41,686 nt of DNA. Source: Macrostomum lignano (taxonomy: Eukaryota). Position numbers and translations under genes: made by a program. The notes under the pieces were generated by a model that was not told where the DNA came from, searched no databases, and saw only the letters and a program-made list of their open reading frames with translations. Shown one piece after another: positions 12,349-23,700 of this stretch; position 1 is the first letter of the stretch, and each line of letters begins with the position of its first letter. The stretch is from assembly GCA_002269645.1 (NCBI GenBank), contig NIVC01004573.1:1-41686 (forward strand), written 5' to 3'.

Positions 12349-15300
12349 TGCTGGGTTTTCAGATGTTTTGACGCAAAAAACGCAAATTATACTACTATCT
12401 GAAAATGAAGTAAGTAGTATACAAAAACGCTATCCTAAGCGTGATATATGCCAATATGTAGTTGTAATAATCCATGTGCTCATATTAATTCCATGTACAT
12501 TAATCCCTATCTATCCCAAATTGGATATGTACATTAATCCCTATCTCAAATGTCCATGTCTATCCCCAAGTCTATATGTACACTCACATTAATCTACAGT
12601 GTCATCCCCAGCGCGCGCGCACCAAAATTACATGTACAATACTACATGTACGCAGAGGCGAGAATTACTAATCTCATCTACTACCAAATGAGTCAACTAA
12701 CAGTGTAGCCTACAACGTAAATGTATATTTCCAATGTACATTTCTCAGACAGATTTGAATAATACTGGTCGGAGTCTTTATGTACATCGATAGCCTCTAT
12801 ACTCATATCCGCTACATACCCCAAAAATTAGGTATGTACATTTTCACCCTCGGAGACTGTAGGTTTGAATATGCTGATAATTTATTCAAAATCACTTATA
12901 AAATACACATACTTTCATATAGAGGCGGGCCTGTACAAACTCTCGCCAAGCGATGGGGTGGGGGTTGCGTCATCCAAGCCTCTCCCCAAGTCAGACCCCA
13001 AATGCAGGACTGTGTTGAAGCAGTGCTTTATATTTCTATATTGACAGTGTGGATGATACAAGACCTTTAATTGGTAATTATCAACTGCTACTGCTTTACG
13101 GTATATCCTCACCCCTCGAAGCCCCTATGTTGCATGTTGAATCACCCTTTATCTCCGGCCATATTCAAAATTCAACCCTGTTCGAAAACAGCCACCCCTC
13201 CGATGTTTACCAGACACAGCGCAGACCCCATAGCAAATTTTAACACTCGCCCCTGTTCTCTCTGCCCCACCCCCTTCTAAATGCCAAGGAATTTCGACCC
13301 TCTCTCCATTTTCAGTGTACAGACAGATCTTTCCACAGCACAGATCCTATATTAAACTTCAAAACCCCTCTCTTCTCCGATTACGTCATCCATGCCGCCC
13401 CAGTTAGCAAGATACCAACTTTTAATGCACACATCAACCCCACGAATCTGAGCAAATCCGAGTCAACCTCTACCTGCATTGACAAACCCCAGCTGCATTT
13501 GTAAATGTACACAGCCTATGAATCAGTGTCTCCTCCGCATACAATTCCGAGACTGAATTCTATGTATGTTCAAATAAATACTTTGACACTATAACCCATG
13601 CGGTATACTAGAAGTAGTGAAGTCCACCCGCCCAAAAACGTGCTGCTATGCCAATTCTATCGCCTCCCCTGCCTTCTCACTTCAAGCTTTCAGACTTGGT
13701 CTTTGAGACGGTCGGTTTAATCTGTTAGAAGCAGGAATGAATCATGCACTGACCTCTCCATACAAAGTAAAGTTGGAATTTCAGACAAAAAATTTGGTTA
13801 TTTTAAAAGCTAAATGACTAGAAATGCACATTTTTCATTAAAATGCTGCTTTTTACAGTTTTTTTACGATTTTAACCTTAAAATGCAGACTTTGTTGATC
13901 AAAATCAGTAGTTTCATCACTAGAAACCATACTTTCAACAGCTAATTTGTCCAAATGTCGCTTTCAACTTGACCTTAGACTGCTTTTAAGCAGGAATGAA
14001 CCCCACACAAACATCCACAAGCCAGCCCAAAATCATCCAAAGACATGGCTATTGAAGCCTAAATTGCTAGAAATGCGCATTTTTTTCATAAGAAAATACA
14101 AATTTTCACAGTTTTTATGCATTTTTACGTTAAAATGCAGACTTTATTGATCAAAATCAGTAGTTTCATCACTAGAAACCATACTTTCAGCAACTAATTT
14201 GTCCAAATATCGCTTTCAACTTGACCTTAGACAGCTTTTAAGCAGGAATAAACCCCCACGAACATACACAAGCTAGCCCAAAATCATCCAAAGACGGCTG
14301 TTGAAGACTAAATTGCTAGAAATGAGCATTTTTTCATAAGAAAACACAAATTTTCACAGTTTTTACGCATTTTTTACGTTAAAATGCAGACTTTATTGAT
14401 CAAAATCAGTAATTCATCACTAAAAACCACAATTTTAACACAAAATTATCACAAATGCTACTTCTGGAACTCTGAGACAGCTTTGAGCAGGAATTATAAT
14501 CGCACACGGATTACCCGAGCCAGTCCAATATTCCACTGAAGCCAGGGTTTTTTAAAGCTGAATTGTTAGAATTGCTCATTCTTTCGTTTAATAAATGACA
14601 ATTTTCACAGTTTTATTATTTTCTAACGTTAAAATGCGAAATGTATTGGTCAAACTTAGTAGTTTCATCCCAAAAAGCCATAATTTCAACTGCTAATTTG
14701 TCCAAATGCTGATTTCAAAGTTGGCAAGAGACAGCTTTCGAGCAGGAATGAGTCACACACTGATCTCCATATGCACACCCCGGCCCAAGTTGGAATTCCA
14801 CCCAAGACATTTTCATTGAAAGCTAAATTACTAGAAATTGCACATTTTCGTTTTAAAAAGGTCAATTTTCACAGTTTTTACTCTTTTTAACGTTAAAATG
14901 CTGACTTTATTGAACAAAATTAATCACTTCATCAGCAGAAACCATAATTTTTACAACTTAATGCTGTTTCATCACTCAAATGTATGTATTTGGTACGTGT
15001 AATACCCCTCAAGAAGTCAGGGAAGGGATTATTCTTGAATATAGGGTTAAAACGTAAAGTTTGCTATAAACCTAGCTATAATAATTTTAACATATACAGT
15101 CTGCGAAGCGGTCCGTTGATTTCGATTGACATTTAAACTGTCCCTCCCAGACCTCTCTCTCTCCTTCTGCACCCACCGAGAAAAGTGACTCATGCGGCAA
15201 TCAGTTTGACAGGTTTAGTATATTACTGAATTGGCAAAACAGCCAACACACAATGTTCATTAGACTCGTCTTCACAGCACAGACCCATGTAGAACAGAAC

Positions 15301-17943
15301 CACTCGTCCCTGTCTCTCTGACCTTACCATTTCTAACTGTCAAGGAATTCCGACCCTCCCTCTCCAATTTCAGTGTACAAACAGATATTTTCACAGCACA
15401 GACTCATATATTGAGCCTCCTCCAACCAAAACCCTATCTTGATTACGTCATCCACCTCCCCCATAGGAGCAGTTAGCAAGAAACAAAATTTTTCGATGCA
15501 CATATGAACACTGTGAACCATGCAAAATCGCACATCTACGGGTCGATTTTGATTGACAATTTAATACCTTTTGTTGATGCTGCTGTGTACAGTAGTCTTA
15601 TTTCCGAAGCTCCTAGCAGTCATCTTTTAGATGTGGTGAATCAGTGTTGTTTTTGCCAACTTTACATCTTGATTCATCCTCCAAATTCTTCAACTCTGAC
15701 CATATTCAATAATTCAGCAATTCTAACAATTCAGCTTTAAAAAACCCTGGCTTCAGTGGAATATTGGACTGGCTCGGGTAATCCGTGTGCGATTATAATT
15801 CCTGCTCAAAGCTGTCTCAGAGTTCCAGAAGTAGCATTTGTGATAATTTTGTGTTAAAATTGTGGTTTTTAGTGATGAATTACTGATTTTGATCAATAAA
15901 GTCTGCATTTTAACGTAAAAAATGCGTAAAAACTGTGAAAATTTGTGTTTTCTTATGAAAAAATGCTCATTTCTAGCAATTTAGTCTTCAACAGCCGTCT
16001 TTGGATGATTTTGGGCTAGCTTGTGTATGTTCGTGGGGGGTTTATTCCTGCTTAAAAGCTGTCTAAGGTCAAGTTGAAAGCGATATTTGGACAAATTAGT
16101 TGCTGAAAGTATGGTTTCTAGTGATGAAACTACTGATTTTGATCAATAAAGTCTGCATTTTAACGTAAAAATGCATAAAAACTGTGAAAATTTGTATTTT
16201 CTTATGAAAAAAATGCGCATTTCTAGCAATTTAGGCTTCAATAGCCATGTCTTTGGATGATTTTGGGCTGGCTTGTGGATGTTTGTGTGGGGTTCATTCC
16301 TGCTTAAAAGCAGTCTAAGGTCAAGTTGAAAGCGACATTTGGACAAATTAGCTGTTGAAAGTATGGTTTCTAGTGATGAAACTACTGATTTTGATCAACA
16401 AAGTCTGCATTTTAAGGTTAAAATCGTAAAAAAACTGTAAAAAGCTGCATTTTAATGAAAAATGTGCATTTCTAGTCATTTAGCTTTTAAAATAACCAAT
16501 TTTTTTGTCTGAAATTCCAACTTTACTTTGTATGGAGAGGTCAGTGCATGATTCATTCCTGCTTCTAACAGATTAAACCGACCGTCTCAAAGACCAAGTC
16601 TGAAAGCTTGAAGTGAGAAGGCAGGGGAGGCGATAGAATTGGCATAGCAGCACGTTTTTGGGCGGGTGGACTTCACTACTTCTAGTATACCGCATGGGTT
16701 ATAGTGTCAAAGTATTTATTTGAACATACATAGAATTCAGTCTCGGAATTGTATGCGGAGGAGACACTGATTCATAGGCTGTGTACATTTACAAATGCAG
16801 CTGGGGTTTGTCAATGCAGGTAGAGGTTGACTCGGATTTGCTCAGATTCGTGGGGTTGATGTGTGCATTAAAAGTTGGTATCTTGCTAACTGGGGCGGCA
16901 TGGATGACGTAATCGGAGAAGAGAGGGGTTTTGAAGTTTAATATAGGATCTGTGCTGTGGAAAGATCTGTCTGTACACTGAAAATGGAGAGAGGGTCGAA
17001 ATTCCTTGGCATTTAGAAGGGGGGGGGCAGAGAGAACAGGGGCGAGTGTTAAAATTTGCTATGGGGTCTGCGCTGTGTCTGGTAAACATCGGAGGGGTGG
17101 CTGTTTTCGAACAGGGTTGAATTTTGAATATGGCCGGAGATAAAGGGTGATTCAACATGCAACATAGGGGCTTCGAGGGGTGAGGATATACCGTAAAGCA
17201 GTAGCAGTTGATAATTACCAATTAAAGGTCTTGTATCATCCACACTGTCAATATAGAAATATAAAGCACTGCTTCAACACAGTCCTGCATTTGGGGTCTG
17301 ACTTGGGGAGAGGCTTGGATGACGCAACCCCCACCCCATCGCTTGGCGAGAGTTTGTACAGGCCCGCCTCTATATGAAAGTATGTGTATTTTATAAGTGA
17401 TTTTGAATAAATTATCAGCATATTCAAACCTACAGTCTCCGAGGGTGAAAATGTACATACCTAATTTTTGGGGTATGTAGCGGATATGAGTATAGAGGCT
17501 ATCGATGTACATAAAGACTCCGACCAGTATTATTCAAATCTGTCTGAGAAATGTACATTGGAAATATACATTTACGTTGTAGGCTACACTGTTAGTTGAC
17601 TCATTTGGTAGTATATGAGATTAGTAATTCTCGCCTCTGCGTACATGTAGTATTGTACATGTAATTTTGGTGCGCGCGCGCTGGGGATGACACTGTAGAT
17701 TAATGTGAGTGTACATATAGACTTGGGGATAGACATGGACATTTGAGATAGGGATTAATGTACATATCCAATTTGGGATAGATAGGGATTAATGTACATG
17801 GAATTAATATGAGCACATGGATTATTACAACTACATATTGGCATATATCACGCTTAGGATAGCGTTTTTGTATACTACTTACTTCATTTTCAGATAGTAG
17901 TATAATTTGCGTTTTTTGCGTCAAAACATCTGAAAACCCAGCA
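12349..17943. mobile_element. Foldback-like structure: ~2.23 kb inverted arms (12349-14576 and 15716-17943) around a 1.14 kb spacer; non-coding
   Basis: Arms are reverse complements. Mirrored ORFs in the track sum to 30292 (12780..13070 vs 17222..17512). Only a few substitutions seen (ctcatctact/ctcatatact; ccccacccc/ccccccccc; atgctgct/atgcagct). Confidence 0.9.
13790..14950 (+). repeat. About 5 diverged tandem copies of a ~250-bp AT-rich unit (inner left arm running into the spacer; mirrored in the right arm)
   Basis: Marker aaaatgc(a/t/g)ga recurs at 13880, 14132, 14381, 14631 and 14895. Confidence 0.85.
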
Positions 17944-18392
17944 GTTTTGGCGCGATACGTAGTTACAATAAAGTTTGTGGACACCTCACTCTGTAGGTGC
18001 CTTCAAAATTTGAGATAAACAAGCCGATGCCTCTGTCTCTGTGGCAAACCTAAAGAGCAATAATTCTAGAGAGTCTATCTCAAAGACTACTCAAGTAGTA
18101 GACTAGCTACTTGAGTAGTCCTTGGTTCATCTATGATCCGCCAGATTCGATTTGTTATTTTTTAAGCTTAAATGCTTATATGCATGCACATGTGAAAAAT
18201 TAATCTAGCTATTGGTCTATGGAAAAATAGGCAATTGAAAAAAACTAAACTAGTCTATAATACACGTAATCATATCCAGACGAAAATGTAGTGTACGAGC
18301 TAACAGCTTGCCTTTTAGAGCTCCCTGAAAAGTCGAAACACTATACTTGAATTCTCAGTCAGACCAAATACTCGTAAGCAGCGTCATTAAAC

Positions 18393-19861
18393 ATGCAGCC
18401 ATCAATGTCGCCGATGACGCATCAGCAATACCACTGTGCCAGCCCGATGGATGACGATGCCTACGATGACGAAGACAGCAGCTACCAGCCTCCGATGAGG
18501 CCGATGGATAGCGGCGATCACAGTATGGAGCCTCACAAGATCTACAAATCGAAGAAGTCGGCATCAGTTGTCACTTCCAGCTGCAGGCGCCAACATCTGC
18601 AGCAGAAACAGCAACAGCCTCAGCAATGGCAGCAGCAGCAACAGTTCCACCAGAGACAGACCGCATTGTCAAGGATGCATCAGCAGCAGCCATCCGATAT
18701 GCAAGCCCAGCAAACGCAGCGAACCTGCAGTAAAGTTCCAGTCGAGTACGTCAGCGCCAATGACCCAATAGGACCGTCTTCAAATGAAGAGAGCGACTGC
18801 AGCTCATTGGAGAATCCTCCACTAGAAGTTCGGGTAAGTACGTGTAAATCAGATGCAGTTTGCATTTACACTGAAGCGGGAAATATCTGTGCTCCTAACC
18901 TCTTACCTAACCTCTGCAGGCTCCGAAGCGACACCCGAATGTCTCAGAAGATGCCATCAGAAGCTGTGGCAACAGCCGCCTCCATCACCAGCAGCAGATT
19001 TTCCTGTACGATCAGAGTCCCCAGCCCAGAGCCACTGGCGGCAAACAGTCTCGCAGCAGGCAGCAGCAACAGCAAATGGAGATGCAAATTCAGCAGCAGA
19101 TGCCGCAGAGACCCAATAAGGCCAGCATGGGTTGCGCACACAAGCAGAGTCAGCGATCGTGTAAGGTACCGGTTCCAGACACCTGCATGCAGCAACCGCA
19201 GACCACTACCGGCAGACACCGGGCCGATCCGACTGCGCTAAGCACTCAGTTCGACGAGCCTCAAAGCACCCTGTACGGCCGCAGCCCCACCGTCACAGCC
19301 GACGGCAAGCCGCAGTTGCGTCGTCAGCAGCAGCAGCGACTGCCGCAGGTGCCGTCCATGATGCAGCAAGAGGCAGCCGAGTTCTGCCGTCAGCAGCAGC
19401 AACCTCAGCAGCACCAGCGCGTTGGCAAGATGACGACTGAATACCAGCCGACAGTCTTCTCATCAAGCACTAAGTTGAACTCCAGCATCCCGATGCTCTC
19501 GTCTGGGGATCAGGGCCAGGATGCCAGCTTCTCTGAGCCTCAGCCTCAGCAACAATACCAGCAGCACCACACCAACAGCAGCAACGATTTCCAGCAGGTG
19601 GTGGTCAGCCGGCTGAACCTGATGCTGGAGCTGGTCGGCTGTGGCCAGTGCGAGTCGTGCCAGTGCTCCAAGACCAGCCAACAGTCGTCCTGCCTGGCTT
19701 CCGCTGGCTCGATGCATCACCAGGTGACAACGGAGCCGCATCAGGCTCAGCAGGTGATTCGGGCCTCCCTGCCAGGCTGCCTTGGCGGCGGCAGGCCGCT
19801 GATGCCGACTTCGGTAGCGCCTGGACGTCGCTCAGGACGTCGCGTGCGGGAGCAACTGTAG
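18393..19861 (+). CDS. Glutamine-rich low-complexity protein, exons 18393-18833 and 18920-19861 (about 460 aa), no recognised domain
   Basis: Intron 18834-18919 has CGG|gtaagt, branch-like cctaac and ctctgcag|. Splicing joins the 18393 and 19076 ORFs in frame. Start and 3' end are uncertain. Confidence 0.6.
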
Positions 19862-20779
19862 CTCCTGAGACTTCTTTCCCTGCAGAGATTCCCAACAGAA
19901 GAGAGGCGACCATAGCAGCCTCTCTGGCATACAGTAGCAGCTTTTGAATGCCTCTGCACTCGGTTTCTCCTCAGTTTTTACTGTCGATCACCCACTCGTA
20001 TTTTTCATGCAGTAGAGTGTCCAGTGTCTGTGCAATGCTAACCTCCTTGATGTCGCTGCAGTGACACAATATGTGAGGCCATGCCTCTCAGAACTGTATT
20101 TTACATTTAAACACCGATAAATAAATAAATAAGAAGGCCCAGATTATTTTGTAGCTTTTGATTTTTCATACAGAGCTAAAAATCATTCTGATTAATTTAT
20201 TAATTTACACGTCATCTTCAAAAGTAAAATAAGAGGGTTCTGAAATCCATTTTAGCATTCCTGTTTGATCTCATTTAATGACAGTTACCGACAGAAGTGT
20301 GCAAGAACTGCGGACGAGGACGCAGATATTTTAAAGGTAATGGGTTCGCTGCAGAAGGTCTGGATAAGAGAGCAACTCAAACTGAATTCCAGAAAAATGA
20401 TGCTTGAGAACCCAGCCCAAAAAGGCATTATGTTGAAAGTTATAGAACCGATCTACTCATAAACCTCAGAGTAAAGTGACAATAATTCGAATCCAATGAG
20501 AGGTTTTCAGACGCGGACTGTTTTGCAGAAAAAGAGTTCAATTGGGTGCTGGGTTGCAACACTGTAATTAATCTCAAAATAACTTTAATTTTAAACATTT
20601 ACATCAGAAGGTCATCTTATTTAACCATAAACTACTTACAGTACAGTGTGTTAAGCACCGAAAAAATCCATTTTGGTTGTTATAAACTTAAACGATTCGA
20701 AACGAGAATCGTATACTCAGAAATATTATAAAAATGGGTTTTTTGTCAATAAGCAGGCCATTAGTTGCGCTCAAGCCCG

Positions 20780-23700
20780 TCAGGTGTCGGCAACCCCGGG
20801 CCTCAGCGGATCTCGAGCATTCAACGCGTCTTCCAATGCTTTGTAGTTGTCCGTTTCCGTTGAGAACGGGTTTCCCTGCGGCGCAAAAATAAACAATCTG
20901 ACGCCAACGCTAAGTTGCCTCTCTCACTATGCTGCATTTACATCAGGGGTCGGCAAACTTTGTTACCTCAAGGGCCAGACACGCTCGTATAGAACCCAGC
21001 GCATGACTGTGGGCCAGAGGAGAGGAGAGAGAGGAGGCGAGAATAAAGGAGATATAGGCGAGGGGAGAGGAGAAGGGAGAGAACAGAAGATGAGGGAGAG
21101 GAGAGAAGTTTCAAAGGACCCGAGGGTCGGATAGAAAGGCTGTGAGGGCTTCTGATTTATATAAACATGTACAAGTAGTATGCTCCGAAGAACGCACAGT
21201 GCTGAATGGGATTTCGACATAGACTATTTGATGGAGGAAATCAGATCTGTCTTAGTCATCTACGAGCCCGTATTCAGTTCATCTGGCCTCATCTCTGTTT
21301 ACTCTGTTCCCCCCCCCCCTCGCTGCCTTCTGATTGGCTCTTCATTGAACTCTGCAACACCGTGGCACAAACCACAGTTGGCATTATAATGGACCGAACA
21401 ACGTGTTTTTAACTGTTTTTCTCGAACGGACAAAGGAAAATACCGCAGGGTCCGAACTCTCACCTGCAGCATGAGCTTCAGCATGCCAGTTCCGTGCACT
21501 TTCTGCTTGGCCATGTAAGCCGCCTGGTATTTAATAGCCGTTTTCCATTCGTCAACGCCACGATCCGTGATGTGATTGCCTACGAGGTTTAGTCGTCACA
21601 ACGGCTTTAACAATATTGTTTAGTTATATAAGTAAATAAGAAAATAAATTTTTTGTTGATCTTGTAAAAGTTGTGCACGATTGTACATTGATTGATTTGG
21701 GCAGCATTCAAGAGTCGTTCGTTCAGTAAAATAAGTACAATAAGTTCAGTACAACAAGGGACATTGTGAACACAAATTTTGAACACTCTTGAAGTTATTT
21801 TTTGAACTAAAACTTTGATTTAAAATAATGTTTAGAATTATTTTTTAACGGTTTGAAAAGCTGTTTAACTTGGTTTTATTTTGGCGCAAATTTGAACGAA
21901 TCTTGAAGATTGCCATCAAGAGTGACGTGGGAGATTTTTTATTAGCGATAGAAAATACAATTGAGGCCTTATTGAAATACCTCGCGGTTACAGCACGCGT
22001 GAAACGCTGAATTTTTTAATAGCTACACGTAGTTAACATTGGAGCAGTGAATATCGCAACATATCGCAAGCTTTGATTGCTCAGTGAATGGAGGAAGCTG
22101 GGAATTACGTTATCGAAATTATCTGGTCACTTTTTCCGGCGTCATTCCTGGTGAAAATATAAATAATAAATTTCAAAGTATTAGGATTTTTTACGAAAAA
22201 ACATTTCAATTTTCATGTATCCGTTGTAAAAATAAAACAAATTCCAGAGAAGCAAGAAATGCAATTAAACGTAGAAAAATTCGCAGTTGGAACTCACGGG
22301 ACAGGTTCAGCAGTGCCAGGGCGTAGTTCCCGGGCACCAGCAGGTGACCAGGCGCGTAGCTGGCGTCGGCACGTTCCAGCAGCGGGTGCTCCGAGTCGAA
22401 GTGGACCTCGACTTGCTGTGAGGGGTTGAGGACGTGACTGCATCATTGTTAGAATCTTAGATGTTAGACATGGGACACATCTAGGCAGCGTCCATCCATC
22501 TATTTTTTATATTAGAGTCAGGGGGTTGTCTGCACCTTACCGCACTTTGAGCGATGCCCATTCCGCCGACTCCCCTGAGCAGGCACACAAGCGCGCGGAT
22601 ATGTACGCAGTCATACACACAGGCACACACTCACACAGGAGTGTACACAGCGAAATGTACACTTCACTGTGTCTTGGGAGTTGACCCTCAAGGGCGTTAA
22701 TTGCACGAGCAGAGCCAAGCCGAGATTCCAATTTAGCCCCAAATTAATGCGACTGCACTTGGAATCGAGTCTGGGCCGCTGGCACATCAGAGCGCCACGC
22801 TAGCCTACAGACTATGGCCCCCTGCGTCCATCCTTCTTAGTTTTCAGTTTTTAGCACTAAATTGGACAGTAGCTCACCCTCTTCTTCTGAGCTTCTAAAT
22901 TCCAAAGTTCGTTTCACAAGTTCATCAAAACATTTTCAGACATATCATTAGAAAGAAGTTCTCAAAGATTTGCTCTGTGGCGCTATGCTACGGCTCGTAA
23001 ATAAGGTTTTGTTCATACAGAAATGCACAAACAGATAGGAAAATATTGAAACTTGTTGGAATCTTTGCTTGACTGCCAATCTCCGGTCCAACCAGCACCA
23101 GAGCAGTTCTAAGAAATTAAGAACTCCATACTAAAGTACAATCTGACCTCCGGTTCCGGCTGAGGCGTTGAGACCTTGACCCTGGCGCCGCGACCTTTGC
23201 CGGACTTGGCGCCCGCCTTGGCGTCCTTCTCGCTGGCCTGAGCAGCTGTGGGAATTATGTCAGAGCCAGTTAACACCATCCAACTCACTGAATGCTAAAC
23301 GGCTGAGCAACAAGCCTCAACTCACCTTTGCCCTTCGCTTTTGGGTCCTCCTTGGATGCCGCTTTTCCCTTTGCTTTATCGTCCGGTTTGGCCTTCTCGT
23401 CCTATTAGAAGCAGTTTTTACAGGGCAGGGTCATCTTCGGCTTCTGTCTTCTTTGTTCCCGGATCACACCTTGCACCTTTATTTGCCTGGCGATTTGCAA
23501 ACTGTCACCTTCCTCCTCTAATGTCTCTGACCACCCTCTTCCCCGTCTCTCACCACCCTCTCCCCTGTCTCTCACCGCCCTCTCCCTGTCTCTCACCACC
23601 CTCTCCCTGTCTCCCACCACCCTCTCCCCTGTCTCTCACCACCCTCTCCCCTGTCTCTCACCGCCCTCTCCCCTGTCTCTCAACACCCTCTCCCCTGTCT

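Noticed and set aside
12233-17984. Mirrored short ORFs in the foldback arms as a transposase
   Set aside because: Short, AT-rich and lacking DDE or other motifs. They are duplicated only because the arms are inverted copies.
20265-20462. 65-aa + strand ORF as a gene or LRRC71 exon
   Set aside because: No recognisable motif or splice support. LRRC71 already ends at 20780.
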